Positions 26,426 through 39,752 of a DNA stretch of 64,000 bases are shown piece by piece. Every line of letters begins with the position of its first letter. The stretch's first letter is position 1. The notes beneath the pieces were generated by a model. It was not told where the DNA came from. It saw only the letters and a list, made by a program, of their open reading frames with translations, and did not search any database. The translations under genes were made by a program, and so were the position numbers. The stretch is from Phoronis australis (taxonomy: Eukaryota > Animalia > Phoronida), in assembly GCA_002633005.1 (NCBI GenBank), contig NMRA01001022.1, forward strand, positions 4,982 to 68,981. The letters are read 5' to 3'.

Positions 26426-27547
26426 ATGAACGTTTCGGGAAGCGGACAACTTAGCACGCCTGTAAAGTTCTCGTCGATTACCTTTATTTCTTTGATAATT
26501 CTTACGGGAGGTGTCGGACACTTGGGGACAGTTGTTTTATTTCTACGCAAAAATGCCTTCAAGACTTCTACGAACAGATTGATTTTTACCATGAGTTGCA
26601 TCCACGTTTTTGAGTGCGTTACCGTTTTGCCTTTCTATATCGTTTCTCTTACCGAAGTGACTTGGTTTAAAGAATCCAAGGCTTGCGTGTATACGGCGTA
26701 TGTTGGGGTGCTGACTAGCGGTTGGATGGCGGTGATTCTTGTTGCAATAGCTGTCTCAAGGTATCTCAAAGTTGTTCATAACAAACTAAAAATTCACGTA
26801 AACCACGTCACTGTGGTTTCATTCACGCTGGTTTTCATCTTGCCCATCATAGTTTTGGCAGTGAGCATTGTTGATGGCTTGCCGCAGTATGACTTGACAC
26901 AAATGAAATGTAAAATTGAATCGCAGGCTTATAAGCACGTGTTTCATGTAGTCATCATTGGACCTACATTGATCGTGTTTCCATTTTGTTACTTACGGAT
27001 ATACTTGACCGTGCGAAAGAGTAGGGTTCGCGTTGCTAATGGCAGAGGACTTGTGTCGCTGACAAATAGAACAGCTCAGGCAGAACTCGGAAATGGCGCG
27101 AAAACCGTCAACGCAGAACCACAGCAGGCGAACAGACTTGATGATTGTCCAACCATCTTCTCTATAAGCTTTGCTAAAGATATTGTGCAGCCAGCGTCAA
27201 CGGCCACTGGTCAAGGAGAGTTGAGAGATACCAAAGATGTTTCGGCAGCTCAAGAAAACCGACCACATGAGGCCCAGTCTCCAAGAGATTCTCAGCTAAC
27301 AAAAATAGTCATCATAATATTCCTTGGTTATTTGCTTTGTTACGCGGTGCCGGGAATATTGCCAGTTTTTCTGAAGAAGTACGTTGAACATAACACGGAT
27401 TTTTACGTTATGGTCAACTTATTGTTCCTTTCGTCCTCTTTAGTGAACTTCGTGATTTTCATTATCATGAATAAAACATTACGTAGAGACCTTTTAAATA
27501 TATTCAAACCGAAGGAAATGTTATACAATGGAAGGGGCATGGTTTAG
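26426..27547 (+). CDS. Rhodopsin-like (class A) GPCR, intronless; melatonin-receptor/Tre1/GPR84-like orphan
   Basis: Seven hydrophobic segments, N-terminal NVS sequon, TM3 Cys, AIAVSRYLKV (DRY position), FCYLRIY in TM5, long ICL3, SSLVNFVIF..MNKTLR. First ATG is at 26426 (the track starts at TTG 26420). Confidence 0.9.
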   Translation: MNVSGSGQLSTPVKFSSITFISLIILTGGVGHLGTVVLFLRKNAFKTSTNRLIFTMSCIHVFECVTVLPFYIVSLTEVTWFKESKACVYTAYVGVLTSGWMAVILVAIAVSRYLKVVHNKLKIHVNHVTVVSFTLVFILPIIVLAVSIVDGLPQYDLTQMKCKIESQAYKHVFHVVIIGPTLIVFPFCYLRIYLTVRKSRVRVANGRGLVSLTNRTAQAELGNGAKTVNAEPQQANRLDDCPTIFSISFAKDIVQPASTATGQGELRDTKDVSAAQENRPHEAQSPRDSQLTKIVIIIFLGYLLCYAVPGILPVFLKKYVEHNTDFYVMVNLLFLSSSLVNFVIFIIMNKTLRRDLLNIFKPKEMLYNGRGMV

Positions 27548-29819
27548 CGTTTTTGTCATACAGACTACTTGAACAAACAAATATAACTACAAGTTTTTGT
27601 CAAAAAGTAATTTATTTCTGGTCCGAGGATTTGTTGACAATGATTCAACGACGCAAGCTCCTTATTGTCTTCAAAAAGGTAGTTGCAAGCAGCTTTAAAG
27701 TGGCGCAGACAGATGAACAATTGCTCCTTCCGTCGCACTCTACATTCTTTCCAGTTTCGGTGCTAGCTTGTTTGATATCGGTAAAGAACAGTGGGTGAGT
27801 CATCGTTCCTTAAAAAAATAGGTAAAAGCCGTTTCTCTGACTGACTTTAAAAATCATTTAAATGTCGTCAGTCAACACTTTTCTCATGGAGTACAGCGTG
27901 CTAGAGTCGGGATGTAGACCAAAGCCAGAATGTTAATTTGACCAAATTGGACTGTGAATCTAGCTTCGCATTGACAGCAACGGAAATGAAACATTACTTG
28001 CAGCATGAATGTGATATAAATAAAACTATTGTAAATGAAACCACTTCATTAATTCAACAAAAAATTACTCACAAAGTCGAGAGAAAGTTTTTGTTCACCT
28101 TTGTGAACTCGACTCAGTTTCATCAAATGCACTGTGTGATGAAAGGTAAGTTTAAAAATAGTTCATTTTCAATCTTTAACACTGGGCACTTTTAAATCCC
28201 GAAAGAGCAAATATTCCACGTTCACACTTATAGAGATGTAGCAGAGATTCGATCACGTTCACCATTTTTTTAAACTGTTTCGTTTTTGCTTTGAACAAGG
28301 ATTTCTTGAAATCTCATTGAACTGCGGGAGACGTCGTGCTTGACAGTTGACATTTACAGTCTCTAAACGGAAGCTGGGGGCAGTTTTCAATTCAGTTTAT
28401 CCACAATTTCTAAAATGCGATTGCAAAATCATTTGTTTCATAAATATAAGTATAAAACAATAGATAACATTACTGTCCAGAAATGTAATTAGCATTAGCC
28501 TATACACGAGCAGCACCTATGCAGAATTCAATCACGGAGGTAAAATAATGAAGTTAAGTGAAACACATCTGCGATTTCTTTTCGCACAAACTACTGCAAA
28601 TCTGAGAACGGCATGTGAATTCGTATAGGTATGTCCTCTCAGCAATTGTGAAAATTTTGCTGGGATTACGTTCCCACTGAAATTTGCGTCGATTAAAATT
28701 GTTTGATATTTTTCTACCACATGATTATCCTGATTTCTTGATAATTACAACAGTACTAGCCCCAACAACCATTTGGAATACTCTACTAAATCAAGTAAAG
28801 GTACGGCAAGCAAACACAAGTCTCAAAAAGAAACCTGCTGTGTATTTGTAAATCCGAGTCTGGTGAATGCAAAGAATTTGACGCCGATAAATGAAAATAG
28901 TTCATGAATTGCCAATAGATACATCATTACTTTAAACAAAACTTTTCTCTTGCGCAGTGTAGACCAATCTTTGTCAACAGGAGGTATCTGAGAATAATAA
29001 GCTTAGGGTATAGTGTTTCGTGAAGTTGAAGAACAGTATGTATGAATGCTGCTGAGGTCTTGGGAACTAAATTGCTGTTAACGAAAACTATTTTAATAGC
29101 TCGTATGACTAGAAAGAGCTATTTTAATGAGAACGCTCATGCGCGTCGCGAGGCACGACTGCTAACACAACTGGGTTTGGAAAGTATCATCGGATATGCA
29201 GAAGTTTAGCACATCCGGAAGTTGGTTAACATAATTCTAACGAGAACAATCAAAGCGTTCTTGTCCCCACTCAGACCTTATCGACAACGCCTTGTATTTA
29301 GTCAAATATCTAAAAACTGTGGAGTTTAGCTCGGTAAAATATATATTTTCTAAAAGCAGAAAGCCTGCAGAATTTGATTTCTAATTCTACCAATCTGAGA
29401 TTAATGTCGACACTCGACCATGTCTTATTAGTAATGTAGTTCCATTCTTAACAAAACGAGAGTAACAGTGACATGAACACAATTCCTTCGATACAAATGT
29501 TCAAACAATTTTCATTTCGCGGTCGTTTATGCAACTTTTGTATGAACCCTTAAGCAAAAGTGGAATTTTTTAAAGACAGTTTTTTAACATCAATTGGGAG
29601 AACAATGCCCAACCTTAAAGTTTGTGATTTTCAACTGAGCGAATCTTCGAAATTAGTTTCTGAAATATGTCGATTTCCAGGTTCCGACATAGCACTAACA
29701 ATTATGTTAGACGTAAAGTCGTCTTCACGACACAGCTGCATTTCTGGATACATTATCAAATCAGGGTTGACCAACGTATTTATTCACAAGTTTTCTGTAA
29801 AATCAGGTAATTATGCGTC

Positions 29820-30070
29820 TTTACTCAACTATTACACAGACGACGAAATTAAAGAAATGTATATTATCCATTTTAATCTACCCATAAACCTTCATTTAAT
29901 GTTTAAATACTTTTTCATCCACAAAATAATTTATACAAACGAAATGTTAAAAAGATTTGGTATTTTACACACAGACCAATGTCCCTATTGCGGCGAGGTT
30001 CAGACTTTTCAGCATATGTTTCACGGCTGCTTCTGTGTTAAGAAATTCTGGAATTCTTTATCAAATAAAG
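29820..30070 (+). mobile_element. L1/Tx1-like LINE C-terminal zinc-knuckle fragment
   Basis: Reads HKIIYTNEMLKRFGI..CPYCGEVQTFQHMFHGC..VKKFW. Confidence 0.75.
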
Positions 30071-30084
30071 GCAGAAAATTCAGG

Positions 30085-30160
30085 ACATACCCACTGGGAA
30101 TCGAACCACAGGTCTTTAGATTGCGGGTGTAGTGCTCTTACCACTGAACTACAGAACCAC
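30085..30160 (-). mobile_element. tRNA-derived SINE head / pseudo-tRNA
   Basis: GGTTCTGTAGTTCAGTGGTAAGAGCA...GGTTCGATTCCCAG contains A and B boxes; the stems are broken. Confidence 0.65.
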
Positions 30161-32270
30161 TGAACTACTGAGGTGCGGATATCTCCGCAATTACTGTTTA
30201 CAGTCAACCATTATGTCATACATCTCATGAGCGGCGTTTCGCCTTTTTCGCACGGGATTTGGACAATTATATATACAATCAGCAAATTACCAGTATGTGT
30301 TATTTAGCAATCTATGTGAAATGTTCAATACCATGTGCACTCATGCTCAACGTTATATATATTTATCGTAAGCTATTTTGCCCGTGGTACGCCACGATCT
30401 ATATTGCAGAGTAAAACAAGAGGAGGGTTGCGAATAATGTCATTTATTATGACGTAAATAGATAAAACTAAATAAGACTCTGCAAGATGGGCATGGACAA
30501 AACGCCCACCGGCGCGTACAATGAATAGCCCTGAAAGGGGGAACCAAAACAAAAGAACTGCCTGAAGGGCTTAAAGGAAAAGTACAGAACATATTAAACA
30601 CAAAACTTGAAAACACCTAACAGGAAGTGTATATGAGAAAAGAGAAAAGTGGAACCGACACTCGGTATGGGAGGTGGGGAAAAATGCAGAGAACGAATCC
30701 AGGTCTTGTAGACGACGAGGTAGGTGGGTGAATGAGAGAGACCACGTTGAACTGAACAAAGGAAATATGGGCGACCAATCAGGTGTCGCATAGAGAAATG
30801 TATGAATACAAAAGTAGGCCCTTGAGGCTATAAATAGAGATGAGTAATGCAAAATAAACCCTAAGGGTTGATATCAAAATAAGGAGACAAATGTCAAAAT
30901 AATGATTTTAAATGCATTTAACAAGTTAAATTTAATACATCATCGAGAGATGGGTCTCAACCTTGTTTAATACGTTCAAATGTATACTTTTTAACGCAGT
31001 GAACCTCATTGTTTTTAATGCCTCTGATAAGACTTCAAAACAGCAGAGGGTTTTGCAGGCATCTCTTTAAAATGATTCAAAAAATTATATCGTGCTATTT
31101 TTTAACCACGTGTACGTTGTATTCTACGAAAACTGACCTTTTCTCAAATATCCACCCACGTAAATGTAAACATAAGTTAATTTAATTAAACCGAGTAAAT
31201 GTGAGTGTGAATGAGTGTATGAAAGTCTTCCCCCTTCCCGTTTCCCTCCCCCTTTTATAGTAGTCTTCGCCCAATAATTAGGAGTTATTTTCCAGATATT
31301 TATTTGTTCTATTTGTATGACAAATGTACTCTAGTATGTTGTAAAGATATGTAGCTGGAGCCACCCAACCCAGCCGTGTATACTAATCACTAATGATATG
31401 CTTTGTGGGTAAACAAACGTATTGAAAAAAGGGTTGACCAATAACTTTCGAGCATTTCAATTTTGCAGGTGTAAATTAAGTGCTGCTGTTTACTGGTGAA
31501 AAATTCTAACAATTGGGAATAATGCTGTGCAGTAGACACTTCGTAGTTTTTAATAATCTTGGAGAGCCTCAGCAAAATGTGCATCCCATTCCAGACGATG
31601 GTTTATATTAGATAAAACGTTATTTTAGCACCACTTTAGGTAGTTCAGATGGTCATAGTTGCATACGTTCTTAAATAACGTTGTACCTCTTTTTACTGCC
31701 ATAATGCACCATTTTTGTTCTCTCCGAGCAAATTTTTTTTTTCTTTAAAGCGTCTTCTCCCCTCTTGAGCTGCAGAGATGCTGCTACACACTATGGCGAA
31801 TAACGTCGATAAAGAAATTATTGTTCATATACTGCGTACACACAGAGCCAAATGTCCAAACTCGGACTCGAAACGTGGAGACTTTCAGGAAGCAACAGGG
31901 ACTGATCACGTGGGACCAGTGATTCACATCGTCACGTAGCTGTACCCGAGAGAGTTCAGTAGCTGTCTCGCGGCTAGGAAACTATAGTCACAATCACGTG
32001 TTCTCATTTAAAATACATTGCAATATCGCGCGTACTTTCTCTTACTTTGTACATAACGTAGAATTGCCGTGAGGACTTGACAGGGACTTCAGGGGTCTCA
32101 CGCACCACTTATTTATCCACATTATGTAGAAAACGCTTTGCCCAGTCACACATTGTGTGTCACAAAAGATATAAGCATACCTGCAGCTGACGCAGCAAGT
32201 AGAACAGTGCTACTCTCGTTTATCACATTGGTGTAGACTAACAGTTGAACTGTGGTTTTCTGTTAACCCC

Positions 32271-32312
32271 AGACCGTCCGGAGTTGAACCTTATACCAAC
32301 TCCGGACGGTCT
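32271..32312. repeat. Perfect 16-bp hairpin with 10-nt loop
   Basis: AGACCGTCCGGAGTTG / CAACTCCGGACGGTCT. Confidence 0.9.
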
Positions 32313-33409
32313 CTCACGACGATTTAGCGTTATGTTCGTAGCGGGAATAGTTTGACTTCGTGAAAATACACCATGGTAAATTGTGATTACAAACGTTTGA
32401 GCAATACTTTTAATCACATTATCGACCTTCCTGATTATCAAGCATTCGAAAATATATGGTTTTACATATTGACATTGAACATTTAAAACATATTAAAAGA
32501 AACGTGGCCCTGTGTAACAAAGGTAGGTAGTGATCTGAAATAACTTTTATCAAACAGCTATAAGACAAGGCCTTTTCAGCCCTTCTAGGTATGCGTCCCG
32601 CACAACATTCTAAAACAGAAATTTCATAGACGTCCTGCTAACAAAAATCCTCGAATTACAGCCAAGTGTCTTTACCCGGCAGTGGATATTCCTAGAGCAA
32701 TTCGATTGGAATAACGGCCATGCATAAAACAACCTCATTAAAATTGAAACCTTCACTGTCACAAAGTGCTTATCATAATAACTGTTACAACGATAAGCTT
32801 ACATTTCCGTTACCAACTATAACATCCAAACGATCAGTGAGCCAAGAAAATGTTTCAGAGTTTATTGTGGTTAGCCAACCATACAATCGCGCATAATTGT
32901 CCGAAACATCAATCGATTTGGCAAAATGAACTAGCACACTATGATGTTTGATAGCATGACGGAAATTTCCCAAACAAATCACTCAATCCTCATCGATTTA
33001 TAACATGATTAGCTTATAAAGTAAAAGTTGTCATAAACCAGAAAATCAGATGCCTTGCTGGCGAAGAAAACAACCTTGATGTGTGAGGATATTACAAGAC
33101 AACATAATATCAAAACTAAAGGCACACATTGCGCGCTTCTTTCCGAAAATGGCAGAAATCTTTGTTTACGATTACCAACACATGGGGTTTGAGCTTTTTA
33201 TTCCGTTGAATATATACCCTGTTGCAAGCACTATTATAAAACCATACATCTGACATGGTTAGTTTTGTACAAACAAATCTCTGTCTTTTCCAATATTGTT
33301 TTCGTAATAACGACTTTCAAAAGAAATAGTATTATTGTAATTCTTTGGCACAAAGTACCGATATTTTTGTCGTTATCGTTGCATATGTGTAATTCACAGT
33401 TGTCTCTAA

Positions 33410-36400
33410 TTACTCTGTTCCTGGGTTTTCTTCAATTTTATTCTTTTTATTACTCTGCACGTTCAAGCGCAGAGTTTTACTGTTCTACGTATTTTATCTT
33501 CTTATTCTTCTTATTCTTATTCTTATTCTTATTCTTCTTATTCTTCCTTCTTTTTCAAATTGTTATTAGTCTTACATCGATTTATTGGCAACAATCATAT
33601 TCATTGTGATTGATACCACGATGAAGGGATTTTTATTAGTTATAATGTTTTGACCAAAAATGCACCGGAATGACCCGAAACAGGTCAAGGAGTGCATTTT
33701 TACAAAATGCTTCTTATTCTACAGGTTTCGAATTTTGGTAACAGGTAGACAGGCAGTAGAGAAGTGCATCCGAAATTTGCGTGGAATTTAAATCGGATAA
33801 AGGTAACCGAGTTTCTGGGTCAAAGGTCGTTAAGTGCAAAACCGACTTTTGAGCTAGAGCTTACATAATCGCGTACATACTTTTCATTCGTAAAGGAAAT
33901 TCAGTCACAAACTTTGGGGGTCATTAGGTGCACAGTCAACAAGACAATTCAAAAAAATACTTTTTTAAGTAATCGAATCATCCAATCAGGAAAAACAGGT
34001 CAAAGGTCATTGGGTGCAAACTAAAATTTTGAGCTCGCCATTTCAAATTCACAAGTCTGATTGGTACATCTAATTCAATTCGTAATACAAAGTTTCAGGT
34101 CATTCAGTGCAACCATGGGGTCATTAGGTGTAGTTTTCTTCTGAAAATTTGATTTTTCATTCACCAAGTATTCTGATGTGTCGACCGTTAGACAATTGTG
34201 ATTCTTAGTATTAAACACACTTTTACGGGCTTTGCAATAATTCTCCTAAAGATGCTTATAATGCACCGGATCGGGTCAATTAGTGCAAAGGTCATTTAAC
34301 GTTCAAAATGTTATAACTCCTGCATTTTCCAAGGAATTCTTTTCAATTTCAGCACACTGGTGTAAACCAACATTCCAATCGAATACCCTACTTTTACTAA
34401 GAAATAGGCCCATCCAAGCATAAGAAATAGGTCAAAGGTCATTGAGTGCAAACTAAAATTTTGAGCTAGAGACTTCAAAATTACACATCTGTTTACTAAA
34501 TGCGATTCAGTTTGAATTCTAAATTTGCAGGTCATTTGGTGCGAATTAATTTTCATATTGGAAAGGGGTTGCAGTCAGTAACTTCCCATAACAATTCCAG
34601 TAATACGCACGCGCATAGCCCATTATTGTCACGCCGTGACAATAATCTTTCTAGTTACTCTGCGCGTGCAAGCGCAGAGGGCTGTTGTTCCTGGATTACT
34701 CCGCGCGTGCAAGCGCAGAGTACTGTTGTTCCTGGGTTTTCTTATTCTTATTCTTCTTATTCTTCTTATTTTTCTTCCGACCAACTTTGATACCTAATAA
34801 CTCCAAAATGGTTGCAGGTATGTTCTTCAAATTTAACACATGATTTTAGGCAGTAGATAAATTTTGATTCATTATATAATCATATTCCATAATTCACCGG
34901 AAGAGGTAATTTGGTGCAAAGGTCATGTAATTTTCAAAATGCAACTTCTTCATTTTTAGAACTATTCTTTTCAAATTCGGTGCAAAGGTATAAGTCAATG
35001 AGGCAATTTAAAAAATTACTTTTCTAAGTAATCGGGTCATCCAATCAGGTCAAAGGTCATTAGGTGCAAACTAAAATTTTGAGCTAGACACATCAAATTC
35101 ACAGGTCTGATTGGCACAGGTAATTCAATAAGGAATCCAAAGTTTCAGGTCATTTAGTGCAAACATGAGGTCATTAGGTGCATTTTTCTTATGAAAATTT
35201 GACCTTTTCAATCAGCAAGTACTCTGATGTGTCAACCGTTAGACAACTGTGATTCTCAGCATTAAACACATTTGTCATGGGTTTTGCAATAATTCTCCTA
35301 AAGACGCTTATAATGCACCGGATAGGGTGAATTAGTTAAAGGCCATGTAACGTTCAAAATGTTATATCTCTTACGTTTTTCAAGGAATTCTTTTCAATTT
35401 CATCACACTGCTGTAAGTCAACATGCCAATTGGATACCATACTTTACTTCGCAACAGACCTAACCAATCAGAAAAAATAAGTCAAAGGTCATTGAATGCA
35501 AACTAAAATTTCGAGCTAGAGACTTCAAAATTACATATCTGTTTAGTAAAAGCGATTGAGTATGAATTCTAAATTTTCAGGTCATTTGGTGCACCCATGG
35601 GGTCATTAGGTGCATTTGTCTTCTGAAAGTGTGACCAATTCTTTCATCTTGTATTCTTAAGTGCTTTAAGTAAGACATCTGTGATCCGTAGCATTAACCA
35701 CACTTTTAATCGAGTTTACACTTATTCCTTCATAGGGGTTCATTATGCCCCAGAAGGGGTCAATTAGTGCAAAGGTCAACATGTAATTTCTCCTACAGAG
35801 TCAACATGACAATTTAAAAAATTACTTTTCTAAGCAATCGGGTCATCCAATCAGGTGAATTAGGTCAAAGGTCATTAGGTGCAAACTAAAATTTTGAGCT
35901 AGACTCATCAAATTGACAGGTCTGATTGCCACAGGTGAATCAAATAGGAATCCAAAGTTTCAGGTCATTTAGTGCAAACATGGGGTCAGTAGGTGCATTT
36001 TTCTTCTGAAAATTTGACCTTTTCAATCAGCAAGTATTCTGATGTGTCAACCGTTAGACAACTGTGATTCTCAGCGTTAAACACATTTTCCATGGGCTTT
36101 GCAATAATTCTCCTAAAGATGCTTAAAAAAACGGATAAGGTCAATTAGTGCAAAGGTCATGTAACGTTCAAAATGTTATATGTCTTACGTTTTTCAAGGA
36201 AATCTTTTCAATTTCAGCACACTGGTGTAAGTCAACATGCCAATTGAATACCCTACTTTACTTTGCAATAGGTCTAACCAATAACAAAATATAGGTCAAA
36301 GGTCATTGAGTGCAAACTAAAATTTTGAGCTAGAGACTTCAGAATTGCGTATCTGTTTACTAAGTGCGATTGTGTTTCAATTCTAAATTTTCAGGTCATT

Positions 36401-37821
36401 TGGTGCACCCATGGGGTCATTAGGTGCATTTCTCTTCTGAAAGTTTGACCACTTCATTCATCTTGTATTCTGAAGTGCTTAAAGTAAAACATCTGTGATT
36501 ATTAGCATTAACCACACTTTTAATCGAGTTAACAATTACTCCCTCATCGGGGCTCATAATGCACCGGAAGAGGTCAATTAGTGAAAAGGTCATCAAAAAT
36601 TAATATGTAATTTCTCATACAATTTTAAAGAATTCCTTTTCATATTGGTAAACGGGTTGCTGTCAGTAACTTCCCATAATAATTCCAGTAATACGCACGC
36701 GCAGAGTCCGTTACTGCCACGCCGTGACAATAATCTGTCTAGTCTTTTTATTCTTCTTCCGACCAACTTTGAGGCTTAATAACTCCAAATTGGGTATAGG
36801 TACGGTCTTTAAATTCAGCGTATGATTTTCGACAGTATATAAAGTTTGATTCGTTATATATTCATAATCCATATTGCACCGGAAAAGGTCATTTGGTGCA
36901 AAGGTCATGTAATTTTCAAAATGCTACTCCTTCATTTTTTAAGCTATTCATTAGGTGCAAACTAAAAATTTGAGCTAGACATTTCAAATTGACAGGTCTG
37001 ATTGGCACAGGTAATTTAATTTGGAATCCAAAGTTTCAGGTCATTTAGTGCAAACATGGGATCATTAGGTGCATTTTTCTTCTGAAATTTTGACCTTTTC
37101 AATCAGTAAGTATTCTGATATGTCAACCGTTAGACAACTGTGATTCTCTGCATTAAACACATTTTTATGGGCTTTGCAATAATTCTCCTAAAGACGCGTG
37201 TAATGCACCGGATAGGGTCAATTATTGCAAAGGTCATGTAATGTTCAAAATGTTATATCTCTTACGCTTTTCAAGGAATTCTTTTCAATTTCAGCGCACT
37301 GGTGTAAGTCAACATGCCAATTGAATACCCTACTTTACTTCGCAACAGGCCTAACCAATCAGAAAAAATAGGTCAAAGGTCATTGAGTGCAAACTAAAAT
37401 TTTGAGCTAGAGACTTCAAAATTACATATCTGTTAGGTAATTGCGATGGAGTTTGAATTCTAAATTTTCAGGTCATTTGGTGCACTCATGGGGTCATTAG
37501 ATGCATTTTTCTTTTGAATGATTGACCAATTCATTCATCTTGTATTCTGAAGTGCTTAAAGTAAAACATGTGTGATTCTTAGCATTAACCAGACTTTTAA
37601 TCGAGTTTACAATTATTCCCTCATCCGGGCTCATAATGCACTGAAAGAGGTCAATTAGTGGAATGGTCATCAAAATATTAACATGTCATTTTTTCTACAA
37701 CTTTAAAGAATTCCTTTTCATATTGGTAAACGGGTTGCTGTCAGTAACTTCCCATAATAAATTGCAGTAATACGCAAGCGCAGAGTCCATTATTGTGACG
37801 CCGTGACAATAATGTTTCTAG
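33410..37821 (+). mobile_element. Stack of three or more Helentron-type non-autonomous elements (HINE/pearl-like) with internal tandem arrays
   Basis: Each unit has a head TTACTCTGCGCGTGCAAGCGCAGAG, a (TTC/TTA) microsatellite, core repeats, a complementary GCACGCGCAGAGT-like subterminal IR, a palindrome ATTGTCACG-CGTGACAAT and a CTAG end (34654, 36742, 37821). A higher-order unit of about 0.8 kb is duplicated in the middle copy. Confidence 0.8.
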
Positions 37822-38439
37822 GTTCTTCTATATTTCGAATCCGGTCAATGTTGTCGATTTTTTGTTTTTCAATATCGTCTCACGTTTTTGGTTGTTTGGG
37901 TCGTATGTCTTGATGCTTGGTATGAACAAGTCACGTGATCGACTACAAGACTAAGCTGATTGGTTTTTGAACTTTCTCTCGTGAAACATTGACGGTGCCG
38001 GATGTATAGAGGCAAGTAAAAAATAGACAGTTGATTCCATCATCGGCTCATCATCCTTTCATCATCGGGTCACCTTTTTAACGTATAATGTACGATTTTA
38101 CGAAAAGACTGGCCTTCGATTCCATAATTGGGGCTCTTAGTGAGTTGTCCCTTAACAAATAAGATATGAATAAAAAACGAGAAAATGATAGTTTCGGGTG
38201 CCAACAGCGGGCCCCTTCCGAGAGCTGGTATCTATGCAGGTCGCCACGAAGTTTTCGCCTGCAAAGTATTGGGGGCACGTACCCTCCCGGCAACACCCGT
38301 TGTTTAGTGCTGAGCGATACTCCCTGATTACATGAGTGTCGAGCACTCGCCTACTCGTCACCTCTTCCTACACCTAGGGACTCAATGTTCATCTGTACGC
38401 ATTTTTATTGTTTGCCTTTATTGCAGGCTGAAGATATTG

Positions 38440-38506
38440 ATGAACATCCAACCATTTGTCCTTACTATCGTCTTGGGGCTAGCAACAGCTGGTCACCACA
38501 GGCAAA
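38440..38506 (+). CDS. GH9 endoglucanase-family gene, coding exon 1 (signal peptide)
   Basis: Acceptor TTGCAG at 38426; MNIQPFVLTIVLGLATAGHHRQ; GTGAGT donor in phase 1, matching the next exon. Confidence 0.7.
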
Positions 38507-39410
38507 GTGAGTAAAATTTTCCGTTTAAAAGAAGTCACAATTCCACGCACTAAAGCATAAGTCACTTTTGCGTAAGTATAGGTTAAAACTGCTGATTTCG
38601 CCGTAGTCGGTGTTTTTGTCTTAACCGCTGATTACGTAGACATGTTCACGGTTGTTAAAACAGTTTTTAATGTTGATCTAGCAACGGACGTGATGCATCG
38701 ACTGCAGCAAGCGCTTGAGCATTTCAATTCCAGACATGTCTTGCGTCTTTACTCATTATTTTTGTTTTCTATATCAAACGGGCATTTCTTGACGTTTAGT
38801 TCGAAGGAGGCTCTCTTCCAACACTTTAACAAAAGTTGACATTGCTTTAAATGGTTTTCTATGCACTCCCCTTTCGTCATTATTCATGTAAACTAGAAAT
38901 TACAAATCCCCTTATTAACCAAAGGTTATTTTTTCACGTAGAACTGAAATTAAACAATATCGGGAAAATCCTTAATTGGCCTGTTCCAACCCGAGCAGAC
39001 CTACAACCCAGATTAACCTGGGACTGCTATAGATGAACCTCATGCAGTAGCTGTGCGGTGTGCGGCTTACACGCGAGTTGTTGTCTCATGTGCGTAAATT
39101 CAAAATGTGCACTATAAGGTCGTGTAACCATCCCCATCCTGGAATGCAGTTTTACCCCGACGTCACTGAACGAGCAAAAATAATCCAAGTCGCTTGGAAA
39201 ACACCAGCTACCGTGAATATCCAAAAGACCTCGAGGATGTTAATTGTGCTCGTATTTGATTGTTGAAATTAAAGTGTAGAAATAACTACAATTTAAACAT
39301 TGGAATGTACGAAATGTTTCAGAACAAAGATATTTGTGGACTGAAAGACTAAGTAAGCAGTTATTCGAGTAAGTGCGATTGCATGAAGCTGCAGTATAAC
39401 AACAGTATAA

Positions 39411-39752
<342 letters not shown>

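Noticed and set aside
28740-29800. Possible decayed minus-strand ORF or GPCR pseudogene
   Set aside because: Only vague hydrophobic stretches with many stops; no motif I can defend.
29560-30132. 190-aa ORF as a host gene
   Set aside because: Chance read-through from unrelated sequence into a LINE zinc-knuckle fragment and an antisense SINE head.
30085-30160. Functional tRNA genes (also 440-510 and 53898-53972)
   Set aside because: A and B boxes are present but acceptor and anticodon stems do not pair; SINE heads or pseudogenes.
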